DNA of 64,000 nucleotides from Eubacteriales Family XIII. Incertae Sedis bacterium (GCA_012521055.1 JAAYNC010000062.1:14315-78314), one strand, 5' to 3'. Counted from the first letter of the stretch, positions 38,937-49,157 are shown. The notes: generated by a model from the sequence alone, not told the origin. Program-made: numbers and translations.

Positions 38937-39011
38937 CACCCTGACAAATAAAAAAACCCGCTCGTATAACAATGTATGCCGGCGGGATCGTCAATGTGCC
39001 ATTTCTGTATC

Positions 39012-39338
39012 TTAGCTGTTAGGATCGCTCTTATAAGGTTCTTTTAAATTTCCGATTTTCAGGCTTCTTTCTTCCAAAATCTTATCAATTTCGGAAAGGG
39101 AAATACTCTGCTCCACCATGAGGACCAATAAATGGTAAAGCAGATCGCAAATCTCCTGTTTTAAGCCCTCCCTGTCGCCGCCCTTGGCGGCGATGATGAC
39201 TTCGCTGCATTCTTCCCCGCATTTTTTCAGGATCTTATCCAGTCCCTGATCAAATAAATAGCGAGTATAGGAATTCTCTGAAGGCGCTTCCTTTCTGTTA
39301 ACAATTACATTATACAGGTCGTTAATTGCTTGATTCAT
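39012..39338 (-). CDS. hisE: phosphoribosyl-ATP pyrophosphatase
   Basis: MazG-like fold ([17 protein letters not shown]...[13 protein letters not shown]). Confidence 0.9.
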   Translation of the reverse strand: MNQAINDLYNVIVNRKEAPSENSYTRYLFDQGLDKILKKCGEECSEVIIAAKGGDREGLKQEICDLLYHLLVLMVEQSISLSEIDKILEERSLKIGNLKEPYKSDPNS

Positions 39339-39669
39339 TATCCAACAGCTCTCCTTTCCTGAAGAAACAAGTTCGGTTGCCTGTATGGCATGCGGCTCCA
39401 GCCTGTTCCACTCTCACTAAAAGCGCATCGTTGTCGCAGTCAGGCGTTATGGAAAGAACCCTTTGATAATGTCCGGAAGTGGCGCCTTTGTTCCACAATT
39501 CGCCCCGTGACCTGCTGTAGAACCAGGTAAAGCCGCTGTCGATAGTGCGCCTTAAACTCTCTTCATTCATATATGCCAACATTAACACCTCATCAGATGC
39601 GGCATCTTGTATTATGGCGGGGATCAATTCACTCTTCTCGAAATAGATTGAAAGGTCCATTATGCGCAT
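39322..39669 (-). CDS. hisI: phosphoribosyl-AMP cyclohydrolase
   Basis: LIPAIIQD...MLAYMN...CDNDALL...ACHTG motifs. Confidence 0.92.
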   Translation of the reverse strand: MRIMDLSIYFEKSELIPAIIQDAASDEVLMLAYMNEESLRRTIDSGFTWFYSRSRGELWNKGATSGHYQRVLSITPDCDNDALLVRVEQAGAACHTGNRTCFFRKGELLDNESSN

Positions 39670-40445
39670 GCTCCTCCTTTTATGTGCACGGATATGCCGC
39701 TGTCTTTTAGCACCCTTTTAACGGCGCTTACGGTCAGATCCCCATAATGGAAGATTGAAGCGGCAAGAGCAGCATCGCAACCCGTTTCAAGGAATACTTT
39801 CACAAAGTGACCGACTGTTCCGCAGCCTCCCGATGCAATGACAGGAATCTCTACCGCATCACAAACCGCATTCAGCATGGGCAGATCAAAACCCCGTTTT
39901 GCTCCGTCTGCGTCAATTGAAGTAAGAAGGATCTCACCGGCCCCAAGCTCTTCCGCTTGCTTTACCCAGCTTAACAAATCCTTGCCTGTATCCTTTTTCC
40001 CACCATTGATGATGACATTATATCGATCTTTTCCCACCCTTTTACCGTCCACAGCTAAAATCAGGCGCTCTTTTCCAAACTTTGAAGCCGCTTCCCGAAG
40101 CAGTTCCGGTCGTTTTACGGCAGCCGTATTGAGGGAGACCTTGCTTGCGCCTGCCTCAAACAGCCTTCTCATATCCTCCACATCCCGGACTCCGCCGCCT
40201 ACAATAAAAGGTATAGTCAGATTCTTTGCCGTCTCTCTTACAAGATCGATCATTGTTCTCCTTCCTTCATTCGTAGCCGTAATATCCAGGAATACGATTT
40301 CATCCGCTCCCTGCTTCTCGTATTCGATTGCATATTCCACAGGATCCCCTATTTCCCGAAACCCTATGAAATTTATCCCTTTCACCACCTTGCCGTTGCA
40401 AACATCCAGGCAAGGTATAATTCTTCTTGCTTTCACATTGATCAC
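39660..40445 (-). CDS. hisF: imidazole glycerol phosphate synthase cyclase subunit
   Basis: RIIPCLDV and ASGG...AALAASIFH motifs. Confidence 0.95.
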   Translation of the reverse strand: MINVKARRIIPCLDVCNGKVVKGINFIGFREIGDPVEYAIEYEKQGADEIVFLDITATNEGRRTMIDLVRETAKNLTIPFIVGGGVRDVEDMRRLFEAGASKVSLNTAAVKRPELLREAASKFGKERLILAVDGKRVGKDRYNVIINGGKKDTGKDLLSWVKQAEELGAGEILLTSIDADGAKRGFDLPMLNAVCDAVEIPVIASGGCGTVGHFVKVFLETGCDAALAASIFHYGDLTVSAVKRVLKDSGISVHIKGGACA

Positions 40446-40453
40446 CTTACTTC

Positions 40454-41185
40454 CTAATTAATTTTTTTCGCCTTTGCGACAAACTCCAGTGCATTCCTCA
40501 GGTCCAGGCTGCCCCGGTAAATGGATTTTCCGCAGATGGCGCCGTACAATCCCATTCCGCATAGGGCTTGTATATCGGCTATATCCCTTATTCCGCCGCT
40601 TGCTATGATCTTTGATGGCACAGCATTCTTAAGAGATTCAAGATGTTCGAAGTTTGGCCCTGACAAGGTGCCGTCTCTTGCGATATCCGTGTATATAATC
40701 GTTTCAACACCTATATTCGCCATTCTTTTTGCCGTCTCTATGTAACCGGACTTGCTATCCGCAAGCCATCCTGAAGTTTTTACTATCCCATCCTTGGCAT
40801 CGATGCCTACCGCAATTTTTGCACCATATTTTTTAACGGCATCTTCCACTAGAGACGGATTTTTCACTGCGACGGACCCCAGAATTACTCTGCTGATGCC
40901 TTTGTCTAAATAATAAGAGATGTCCTCCATGGTGCGTATTCCACCACCTACCTGAATTTTAAGGCCGGTTTTTTCAGCCGCTTGGACAAAAATGTGACTG
41001 TTCACTCTTTTTCCTTCCAATGCGCCATCCAGATCCACCATATGGATCCATTCCGCTCCGGCTTCTTCAAAAGTCTTAGCTGTTTCAAGCCAGCTGTCCG
41101 CTACCCGTTTTGAACTCTTAAAAACGCCCTGGGTCAGCCTTACACATTCTCCTTTATAAATATCGATTGCAGGTAATAGAATCAT
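40454..41185 (-). CDS. hisA: ProFAR isomerase
   Basis: ILLPAIDIYKGECVRL and IASGGIR motifs. Confidence 0.95.
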   Translation of the reverse strand: MILLPAIDIYKGECVRLTQGVFKSSKRVADSWLETAKTFEEAGAEWIHMVDLDGALEGKRVNSHIFVQAAEKTGLKIQVGGGIRTMEDISYYLDKGISRVILGSVAVKNPSLVEDAVKKYGAKIAVGIDAKDGIVKTSGWLADSKSGYIETAKRMANIGVETIIYTDIARDGTLSGPNFEHLESLKNAVPSKIIASGGIRDIADIQALCGMGLYGAICGKSIYRGSLDLRNALEFVAKAKKIN

Positions 41186-41770
41186 TTACAAGCTCCCTTT
41201 CGTCGAAAGTACCTCATCACTTTCGGATTTTGCCACAGCTTGCTTTAATGTATGCCCGAAAGCTTTAAACAGCGCTTCCGCTATATGATGGTCATTTTCA
41301 CCGTAGGCAAGATTTAGATGCAAGGTAACTCTCGCACTCATGGCAAAGGCATAGAAGAATTCTTTTACCATTTGTGTATCCAAATCGCCGATTTTAGGAG
41401 CATTAAAATCCACGTTGAAGACCAGATATGGCCGGTTGCATATGTCCAGGTTGCAAATAGCGAGAGCTTCATCCATGGGAACGGAGAACATGCCGTAACG
41501 CCTGATTCCTTTCTTATCTCCCAATGTCTCAGCAAATCCTGTACCCAAGACGATACCTACATCCTCAACGGTATGGTGACAATCCACCGTAAGATCTCCT
41601 TTGCAGGAAAGTTCCATATCAAAGCCGCCGTGGAGACAGAGGGTTTCCAGCATGTGATCGAAAAAACCCACCCCCGTATCCACGTTGCAGGATCCCTTTC
41701 CGTCAAGGCAAAGGTACAGGCTTATATCTGTTTCCTTGGTTTTTCGTTTGATTCTACATTCTCTCTTCAT
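41186..41770 (-). CDS. hisB: imidazoleglycerol-phosphate dehydratase
   Basis: RKTKETDI, GVGFFDHML, and HHxxE motifs. Confidence 0.95.
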   Translation of the reverse strand: MKRECRIKRKTKETDISLYLCLDGKGSCNVDTGVGFFDHMLETLCLHGGFDMELSCKGDLTVDCHHTVEDVGIVLGTGFAETLGDKKGIRRYGMFSVPMDEALAICNLDICNRPYLVFNVDFNAPKIGDLDTQMVKEFFYAFAMSARVTLHLNLAYGENDHHIAEALFKAFGHTLKQAVAKSESDEVLSTKGSL

Positions 41771-42860
41771 TGGCCCTTTCCTCCGTTTCAGATTGGTTGA
41801 TGTTATTTATGGATTCGATAATGGCGCGAAGCTCCTCTATTACTGCCTGATTCTCTTCCTTGGTTCCTACGGTTATGCGAAGCATATTCTTCAAATTTCG
41901 CACGAGAATGGATCGCTCTTTCAACTCGGCGTATATTCTGTCCGCGTAATCTGTGGAAATGCATATATAATTGGTGGCGGAAGGATAGATTTTCTTGATC
42001 GCCGGGTTTGTCTCAAGAAGCTTCAATCCCTCATAAAGCTCCTTTCTGTTTTCCAGTATGTGAGCTACAGCATTTTTTATATACTCCGGATCGGAGAGTA
42101 GGATGCTTCCTGTTGTCGCGGACAAACTGTTTAAATTATATGGCGAGCGTAAAGCGCTGAGCACCCTGGCGAGATTTGGCGATGAAACGGCAAATCCCAG
42201 GCGTATACCTGCACATCCAAGGGCTTTAGAACAAGTTCTGAGTACAATAAGGTTATCCCGGTTTGCCGCATACTTAATGACGGATTGATCGGAAAAATCC
42301 ATATAAGCTTCATCCACCACCACAAGGGCATCTGTATTGTCAACAAGGTACATTATTTTTTCCCTGGCCGTAACCGTCGAAAATGCGCTGGAAGGATTGG
42401 AAAACAACACCGCGCTCGCTTTCTCTCTCCGAATCGTTTCTATAGTCGCGGGAATATCAAGGTTTCCGCTATTATCTCTGGCCACATAACAAGTCTGCCT
42501 CTCGTAAGCCGATGCAAAGATGGGATACATGGAAAAATCCGGCTCCGTCAGCAGGAGCTTGTCATCGGATTTAAGAAAGCAGCCGATTATCAAAAAAATC
42601 AGCTCATCGGAACCGTTTCCTGCTGTTACCAGTTCAGGATCCACGTCGTAAAAGCGGCCAAAGGCTTCTCTGAGTTCCAGGTATGTATCGTCAGGATACC
42701 GGTTCAGCTCGATGTTTTCCCATGCAGAAAGCAATTTCTGCCTTAATTCTTTGCCGGGATCGATAAAGCTTTCGTTGGCATCAAGCCTTATCCGGCAATC
42801 TTCAGTTATCACTTCATATGGTTTAAGTCCTAAGAGTTTTTCGTTCAATCTGTAAGTCAT
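41754..42860 (-). CDS. hisC: histidinol-phosphate aminotransferase
   Basis: Class II aminotransferase with RTCSKALGCAGIRLGF (PLP lysine). Confidence 0.9.
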   Translation of the reverse strand: MTYRLNEKLLGLKPYEVITEDCRIRLDANESFIDPGKELRQKLLSAWENIELNRYPDDTYLELREAFGRFYDVDPELVTAGNGSDELIFLIIGCFLKSDDKLLLTEPDFSMYPIFASAYERQTCYVARDNSGNLDIPATIETIRREKASAVLFSNPSSAFSTVTAREKIMYLVDNTDALVVVDEAYMDFSDQSVIKYAANRDNLIVLRTCSKALGCAGIRLGFAVSSPNLARVLSALRSPYNLNSLSATTGSILLSDPEYIKNAVAHILENRKELYEGLKLLETNPAIKKIYPSATNYICISTDYADRIYAELKERSILVRNLKNMLRITVGTKEENQAVIEELRAIIESINNINQSETEERANEERM

Positions 42861-44209
42861 TTCTCGTTTCCTCCCCGGGCCGCCATGCCGCCGTCCAGGT
42901 AATTTTCAAAGCGAATAGAAACAGCTCTGCCATGGGCTGTAAGTCCTTCTTTTTCTGAGATTGCAATTACATCTTCCCTGCATTCTTCAAGAGCCTCTTT
43001 AGTATAGAAGGTATAGCTCATTTTCTTTATAAAACTGTGTACTCCGAGAGGAGAAGCGAATCGTGCCGTACCCATTGTAGGAAGCACGTGGTTGGTCCCT
43101 GAATAATAGTCTCCCAAAGGTTCGGGGCTGTAGGATCCGCAAAATACCGAGCCTGCATTTCGGATCCCCGGAAGCACCGCCATAGGGTCCGCCGTCATGA
43201 TTTCCAGATGCTCCGGCGCGATTCTGTTGGCTATATCAATCATTTCATCCTCGGATTCGCAGATCAGAATTAAACCATAGTTTTCCAAGGATTGACTCAA
43301 TATCTCGTATCTCTCCAATTTGGCAGCCTGCTCTTCAAGTTGTTTAAGAGTTTTTTCCGCCACTTCCTGATTCGTAGTCAGCAGGATGGCCGCGGACATA
43401 GGGTCGTGTTCCGCCTGGCTTAAAAGGTCAGCCGCAACAAATCTCGGGTTTGTCACCCCATCGGCAATTATGAGGATTTCGCTGGGTCCGGCAATCATAT
43501 CGATATCTACAGTCCCGTAAACAAGCTTTTTTGCCGTTGCCACATAGATATTGCCGGGACCCACGATCTTATCCACCGCCGGAATGCTTTCCGTTCCGTA
43601 AGCCATGGCTCCGATAGCTTGGGCGCCCCCAGCCAGAAATACACGGTCCACGCCGGCAACATATGCAGCGGCCAGGATGCCCGGATTGGCCCTCAATCCA
43701 AAGGTCCCGTTGGCTTTTTCCTGCACTTCAGGCGGTGTCAACATGATGATTTCCCCTACTTCCGCAAGCTTTGCAGGAATGGCGTTCATCAAAACCGTAG
43801 AAGGATAGGCAGCGGTTCCGCAGGGAACATAAATCCCTATACGGTCAAGTCCTCTTACAACTTGCCCCACTACTGCTCCGTTTCCCCTATTGATCTCATA
43901 TCCTTCTACGATTTGCTTTTCATGATATTCCCGGATATTACTCGCTGCGTTGCTGATTGCCCTTTTAAACCTTTCGTCAGCGAGATCAAAGGCTTTTTTT
44001 AACTCCTCTTCCGGAACTTCAAAGGGATCGGAATAAGCACCGCTAAATTTTTTCTCATATCTTCGGACGGCTTCGTCCCCGTTCTCTTGCACATCCTCCA
44101 AGATAGCTCCGACAATCGAGCTGACTTGTCTATCCGTTTCTTTTGCACGGCTTTTCATTTCACGGATAAGCCGGGTTACATTTTCTTGATTACACTTCAC
44201 AATTCGCAT
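42857..44209 (-). CDS. hisD: histidinol dehydrogenase
   Basis: IAGPSEILIIAD, QAEHD, and NHVLPT motifs. Confidence 0.95.
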   Translation of the reverse strand: MRIVKCNQENVTRLIREMKSRAKETDRQVSSIVGAILEDVQENGDEAVRRYEKKFSGAYSDPFEVPEEELKKAFDLADERFKRAISNAASNIREYHEKQIVEGYEINRGNGAVVGQVVRGLDRIGIYVPCGTAAYPSTVLMNAIPAKLAEVGEIIMLTPPEVQEKANGTFGLRANPGILAAAYVAGVDRVFLAGGAQAIGAMAYGTESIPAVDKIVGPGNIYVATAKKLVYGTVDIDMIAGPSEILIIADGVTNPRFVAADLLSQAEHDPMSAAILLTTNQEVAEKTLKQLEEQAAKLERYEILSQSLENYGLILICESEDEMIDIANRIAPEHLEIMTADPMAVLPGIRNAGSVFCGSYSPEPLGDYYSGTNHVLPTMGTARFASPLGVHSFIKKMSYTFYTKEALEECREDVIAISEKEGLTAHGRAVSIRFENYLDGGMAARGGNEK

Positions 44210-44225
44210 GTTCTTTCCTCTATAA

Positions 44226-45866
44226 TCATCCTACTTTTTCTGCCATGTTGTTTATAAATGCTTCAATGGATTTCATCTTCAATTTCATGCTGGTTTCGTT
44301 GACGATGAGCCTTGCGGAAATGTTTTGGATATCATTAACCACTTCAAGGCCGTTTTCTGCTAAAGTTTTCCCCGTATCCACCAGGTCTACGATTCCGTCA
44401 GCCAGCGAAAGAAGCGGCGCCAGCTCCACAGAACCTTCCAGCTTTATCACCTGAACGTCCATTCCCTTCTCTTCAAAAAACTCCCTGGTAACCTTCGGAT
44501 ATCTGGATGCCACTTTTTTTATAGAATAGCCCGCATAGAAATCCTTACCCTTTGGCGCTGCCAGGACAAACCTGCACTTGCCAAAGCCGAGATCCAGAAC
44601 CTCGTAAAAGCTTCCTCCGTACTCCATGATAATGTCCATCCCTACAATGCCCATGTCGCAGACCCCATGCTCCACATAGGTGACCACATCTGCTGCTTTA
44701 CCAAAGACAACCTCTATGTTCTGCCCCGGAATGGAAAGGAGAAGCTTCCTTCCTTTTTCATTTAAATGACTGCAATCGAACCCCATTTTTTCAAGAAGTT
44801 CGATGGCACCCTTTTCAAGCCTCCCCTTTGAAAGAGCAAGGCGAAGCCTCTTGTTCGTATCTCTTGGGTTGCCCGCTTCATTGTGGCTCAGGATGCCGGT
44901 CACTATCTGGTCCACATTTATTGCAAACCCCGTGGCGGGAAGATCGCAGCCGAAATCCTTGAGTAGGTGGTCGTACCTTCCCCCCGATAGCACCGGTTCC
45001 CTTGCCTTAGAAGTATAGCCTTTAAAGACGAGAGAGCTGTAGTAATCGGCCTGGTTCACGAGGCCGAAATCTATTATTACGCTTTCTTCAAGGCCGAGAT
45101 TCGTCAAAGCGGCATAAATAGCTTGGAGATACTCCAGCATTTCACCCAGCTTATCATCGTATCCGTCGAACAAGATCCTGGCTTTTTCAAAAACCTCCGC
45201 TCCCCCGAAAAGCTTGGGAAGTTCCCTGAGGATGGCAGTGGTCTGATTCTTCCCACACTTGTCTAACTTGGAAGATAAAGCCGCATAATTCTTGGTTGAG
45301 ATAAACTGATGAATGCCGGACTTTATGTCAGAATCCACATCGAGCCGTTCCATCAATAGCTTGAAAATGCCTACATGGCCCAATTCTATACGGACTTCCC
45401 CAAAACCGCAAAGAGAAAGGGCTTTTACGCCCAGCGCCAACAGCTCTACATCGGATTGGAAGGAAGAATCCCCGATGACTTCGACGCCCATCTGCAGCAT
45501 TTCATTGCTCAGACCTCGCAGTCCGGGATTATTCCTGTACACCTTTTGCTCGTAATAGAGCTTCAGGGGCATGAGATAATCCTTCAATCTGGTGCAGACC
45601 AAACGAGCTATAGGGATAGTAGAGTCCGGCCTCGCCACCAGCACCCTTCCCTTGTTGTCTACGCTCTTGTACATGGTCTCCTGTGGATAGTACATTTCCG
45701 CAGAAGAGAAAATATCGTAAAATTCAAAGCCCGGCGTCACCACCTGGTGAAATCCGCTATTTATAAATGCAGTGTGCAAGCAAGTCGTAATCTCCCTTTG
45801 TACCCTGCACTCTTCAAAAAGCAGATCCTTGGTGCCTTCCGGAGTAATCCTTTCAAACCGCTTCAT
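44226..45866 (-). CDS. hisZG: fused HisZ (regulatory, HisRS-like) and short-form HisG (ATP phosphoribosyltransferase)
   Basis: Residues ~1-335 are HisRS-like without an anticodon domain (HisZ). Residues ~340-546 begin LRLALSKGRLEKGAIELL and contain DLVDTGKTL (HisG short form). This is one uninterrupted ORF. Confidence 0.85.
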   Translation of the reverse strand: MKRFERITPEGTKDLLFEECRVQREITTCLHTAFINSGFHQVVTPGFEFYDIFSSAEMYYPQETMYKSVDNKGRVLVARPDSTIPIARLVCTRLKDYLMPLKLYYEQKVYRNNPGLRGLSNEMLQMGVEVIGDSSFQSDVELLALGVKALSLCGFGEVRIELGHVGIFKLLMERLDVDSDIKSGIHQFISTKNYAALSSKLDKCGKNQTTAILRELPKLFGGAEVFEKARILFDGYDDKLGEMLEYLQAIYAALTNLGLEESVIIDFGLVNQADYYSSLVFKGYTSKAREPVLSGGRYDHLLKDFGCDLPATGFAINVDQIVTGILSHNEAGNPRDTNKRLRLALSKGRLEKGAIELLEKMGFDCSHLNEKGRKLLLSIPGQNIEVVFGKAADVVTYVEHGVCDMGIVGMDIIMEYGGSFYEVLDLGFGKCRFVLAAPKGKDFYAGYSIKKVASRYPKVTREFFEEKGMDVQVIKLEGSVELAPLLSLADGIVDLVDTGKTLAENGLEVVNDIQNISARLIVNETSMKLKMKSIEAFINNMAEKVG

Positions 45867-45898
45867 ATGTATCGCCTTTCACAATTTACTACTTTTCC

Positions 45899-45927
45899 AT
45901 ACTACTATACTAAAGCGAAAGTGTCAA
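45899..45927 (-). promoter_or_regulatory. candidate sigma-A promoter of the his operon
   Basis: The minus strand reads TTGACA-17 nt-TAGTAT, about 30 nt upstream of the hisZG ATG region. It follows a hairpin plus T-run that ends the GNAT gene. Confidence 0.35.
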
Positions 45928-46038
45928 CAATAAAACACCGCAGGAATCGGCCTTGAAGCATATGCTGCTTTATGCCTATTCTGCGGTATACAGGATCCGT
46001 ATATTTTGCAGTTTGTTGTCTTAGAATTTTATCTCAAT

Positions 46039-46581
46039 TTATATAATCCTTCTGCACTTTTCAAAATATTCCGCTCTTAGCATGGACATCAGGTGCAGGT
46101 CCACATACCGGCCGTTCTTTTTACCGGCATTGCGCATGACGCCCTCGTGCTGGAAACCTAATTTTTCGTATAGCGTTGCGGCTCTCTTATTACCAGGCAG
46201 ATAATCCAGCGTTACTCGTTCCATATGGAGCTGGATAAAACAGTATTCCAAAATAAGGTGCATGGCTTCTTCGCCCAGCCCTTTGCCCAGATACTCCTCT
46301 TCTCCGATATATATCCTGGTAATATCCAGCGAATCGGCTTGTCGGTCGATACGGCTGATATAAATTCTGCCGATAGGCTTATCCTCTTCCCTGTAGACTA
46401 TGGTGAATTGAAGCTTGTCCGGCTCCTGGGTCCGTACCACATACTCTTTTACGATTTCCTCATAGTCCCGATTCCGGGACATGGTGAAGCTTTCCTGAAA
46501 ATAGTCCTTTTTCTCCCATTCAGCAAAGAGCATACAATCCGAAAAAACCGTTTCACGTATAATCAAATTTTTAGATTCCAT
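46039..46581 (-). CDS. GNAT-family N-acetyltransferase (RimJ/RimL-like)
   Basis: GNAT core (YIGEEEYLGKGLGEEAM...YEKLGFQHEG). Confidence 0.85.
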   Translation of the reverse strand: MESKNLIIRETVFSDCMLFAEWEKKDYFQESFTMSRNRDYEEIVKEYVVRTQEPDKLQFTIVYREEDKPIGRIYISRIDRQADSLDITRIYIGEEEYLGKGLGEEAMHLILEYCFIQLHMERVTLDYLPGNKRAATLYEKLGFQHEGVMRNAGKKNGRYVDLHLMSMLRAEYFEKCRRII

Positions 46582-46631
46582 AGATTACCTCCGATAGCCG
46601 CAGGCAAAACGAATTTGTCTTATTATATACC

Positions 46632-47993
46632 TTAGGAGGACGCTGCGCAATCGTGACCTGTTTCCTTCCAAATCCGGTCGGCGGTAACTGCCCAGGCCTC
46701 GGCAGCATTCCGGCATTTGCTGGTCAAATCTATTACATCCTCCGGATGCTTCATATCCGTTGAAAACGAACCGCTTTCAACAACCATCTCCACCAGCTTA
46801 TCCGGGTTGTCAAGCAATGGGCACGGCCTCAGCATGTTGCAATTGAAAGGTTGATTCTTCCTGTATGCCTGGAAAAGCGGTGACTTATATGCCTCCAGCA
46901 AGGTGCTGGTATGTATGTTTGAATCAGAATAGTGTATGAAGGCGCAGGGTTCGATATCGCCGTTGGCATTTATATGGCAATAGCGTCTTCCCCCTGCGAT
47001 GCATCCGTTTACATATTCGCCATCGTTCCAGAAGTCCATGGTAAAAATGGGTTTAGTCTGGCGGAATTTTCTTATTTGACGGTACATATATTCTCTCTGC
47101 TCCGGCGTTACCAGCCAATCGGATACAGCATCCACGCCGATAGGCATATATATAAATAGCCACAAGAAGAGGCACCCTCGTTCAACCAGGAAATCAATGA
47201 ACTCTTCGCTGGCAATGACCTCCGTGTTCTTTCTTGTATAGCAGCTTGATGCGCCGAAAGGAAGCTTGTATTTTCTTAATATTTCCATAGCGCGCATTAT
47301 AGCCTGAAACGTGCCTTTTCCGCGCCGAGCATCCGTTTGTTCCTCAAAGCCTTCTATGCTGATGCCGGGTATAAAATTCTTAACGCGAAGCATTTCTTTA
47401 GCAAAATCCTCGTCGATTAACGTCCCGTTTGTAAAGGCCATGAACTGGCAGTCATTATGTTTCTCGCAGAGTTTTATTACATCTGCTTTTCGAACTAAGG
47501 GCTCGCCTCCTGTAAAGAGATACATATATGTTCCCATGGCCTTGCCCTGCTGGACGATGTTGTCAAGGGTATCAAAGTCCATGCTTGATTTAGCGTCATA
47601 ATCGGCGGCCCAACAACCGGTGCACTTTAAGTTGCAAGCAGCCGTGGGATCTAAAAGGATAGCCCAAGGGATGTTGCAATCATGTGTTCTTTCCACTTCA
47701 AGCCTTTTGGGTTTTCCTTCGATGTTGCTGTATACGATAAAGTTAGTGAAGAATGTTTTTATTACATCCAAATCTATGTTGCGCCAGATGTTCAATGCGA
47801 ATTTATACCAGTTGTTGTCCGGGTCCGACGCGATCCTCTTTATCACATCCAGCTGTACCTTCACACTGCCCTGGACATCGATTTTTTCTGCCCATTCGAT
47901 CAGTTTTGGCAGATTTTTTTCCACATCCTTGTCCAGATAACTGAGAGCAACATCAAGCCCCTTGCTTACGGCAATCTCCTTTAGCGATTTCAC
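46632..47993 (-). CDS. radical SAM protein with a C-terminal Cys-rich (SPASM/twitch-like) region and an approximately 100-aa N-terminal extension
   Basis: CNLKCTGC (Cx3Cx2C) cluster motif and C-terminal CHINANGDIEPC...CNMLRPC. GTG start after GAGGAGG. Confidence 0.85.
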   Translation of the reverse strand: MKSLKEIAVSKGLDVALSYLDKDVEKNLPKLIEWAEKIDVQGSVKVQLDVIKRIASDPDNNWYKFALNIWRNIDLDVIKTFFTNFIVYSNIEGKPKRLEVERTHDCNIPWAILLDPTAACNLKCTGCWAADYDAKSSMDFDTLDNIVQQGKAMGTYMYLFTGGEPLVRKADVIKLCEKHNDCQFMAFTNGTLIDEDFAKEMLRVKNFIPGISIEGFEEQTDARRGKGTFQAIMRAMEILRKYKLPFGASSCYTRKNTEVIASEEFIDFLVERGCLFLWLFIYMPIGVDAVSDWLVTPEQREYMYRQIRKFRQTKPIFTMDFWNDGEYVNGCIAGGRRYCHINANGDIEPCAFIHYSDSNIHTSTLLEAYKSPLFQAYRKNQPFNCNMLRPCPLLDNPDKLVEMVVESGSFSTDMKHPEDVIDLTSKCRNAAEAWAVTADRIWKETGHDCAASS

Positions 47994-48130
47994 TATAGAA
48001 CCTCCTCTCGCGGCTAAGACATTCTCGTTATATCTATGTTATTTTTCGCACTACTATAACTTAGTCATGGGTACCACGTCTATAAGGCCTGGGTTTTACA
48101 TCTTCCGGCTAATTTGGGCTCATCACCGGA

Positions 48131-48772
48131 TTACCCCGGCTTCTTATAATGAAATACGGCCAAAATACCCGTGTCGATGGCAATGCACCCTTCTTCGTCC
48201 GCAAGAACATTGGAAACGCCTATGGGCATATCCTGTTTCATTATGGCATCCTCCAATGCATATTTAAAACCGGATAAATAAACACCGCTTACCCTTTCGC
48301 CCATAGGAAAAATCGAAACAGTATCTCCGATCTGACCGTTTAGAACCAGCCGGTCCCTGATCAGGTAAATGGAAAGATCCGGCTCTTCAAAAACCAGTCG
48401 CATCCCTTTTTTTACAAAAGAAATTGCACCGAATATATTGGCTAAGGTGTGATCGAGCCGACCACCCGTGCCACCCCATACGGTAATGTCTTTCCATTTA
48501 TTCTTTTCTGCTATCTCCAATGCTAAAAAGGTGTCTGTGAAGTCTTTGACAGATGGGTATAAATATAATTTAACCCGATGCTGTTCCATGAAAATGAGAT
48601 CGTCAGCTTTTATCGAGTCCATGTCGCCTATAATCGCGTCGGGGACGATATCAAGCTCTCTTGCTTTTGCAGCGGCTCCATCGGTACATAGGATGTGCTG
48701 AAAGTTAAGTTTTCGAGAATCATACCAGCTGGGGTCGCCGTATTCCCCGTTTGACATGATTAGACAAGACAT
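48131..48772 (-). CDS. thiN: thiamine pyrophosphokinase
   Basis: IIGDMDS and GGTGGRLDH motifs. The start is placed at MSCLIMSNGEY (213 aa, the normal TPK length). The ORF-track start at 48964 would add 64 unrelated residues. Confidence 0.7.
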   Translation of the reverse strand: MSCLIMSNGEYGDPSWYDSRKLNFQHILCTDGAAAKARELDIVPDAIIGDMDSIKADDLIFMEQHRVKLYLYPSVKDFTDTFLALEIAEKNKWKDITVWGGTGGRLDHTLANIFGAISFVKKGMRLVFEEPDLSIYLIRDRLVLNGQIGDTVSIFPMGERVSGVYLSGFKYALEDAIMKQDMPIGVSNVLADEEGCIAIDTGILAVFHYKKPG

Positions 48773-49157
48773 ATTATTCACCACTGTGTAAATCGTTTTC
48801 GGAATGGCTATTCTCTGTTCCGAAACACCGACTGTTAATCCAACACTATATTTCAAAACAATTATATCACTTTCCAATTTTTGTGCAACCTGCATATGGC
48901 TGTTGTGAAAAGCTGTATTGCCTGTACTGTGCAAAATTTCAAGTAATGCAGGATTATTTTCCAATAAAAGTAATTGTTAAGTAGTTTTTACATGCATTAA
49001 TTGAAATTTTGCACACCCAGAAATAGATCTACTTAGCGGCTTACGTACAATCCGATTTTTTGCACACTTTTCTTCTCACAATTAACATTGCATGTACCTG
49101 AGAATTACGTACTGCTTTTAAACAAAATAAACAGTTTAATAAATATAAAAAATAGTG

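Noticed and set aside
39838-40461. 207-aa plus-strand ORF antisense to hisF. Similar long antisense ORFs occur at 9705-10244, 10817-11314, 31816-32355, 41318-41800, 42285-42746 and 45375-45956.
   Set aside because: All of them lie inside confidently identified minus-strand genes and have Ser/Pro/Arg-rich shadow-frame composition. None has a motif or a convincing RBS.
45867-46038. T-box or histidine attenuator upstream of hisZG
   Set aside because: The 172-nt region is largely taken up by the GNAT-gene terminator hairpin and a sigma-A-like promoter. There is no T-box core and no His-codon-rich leader peptide.
48773-48964. N-terminal 64-aa extension of the thiamine pyrophosphokinase ORF
   Set aside because: The extension has no similarity to TPKs, which are about 210 aa. 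An internal ATG with an upstream purine-rich stretch gives a normal-length protein starting with the conserved hydrophobic-Gly region. The longer start cannot be fully excluded.
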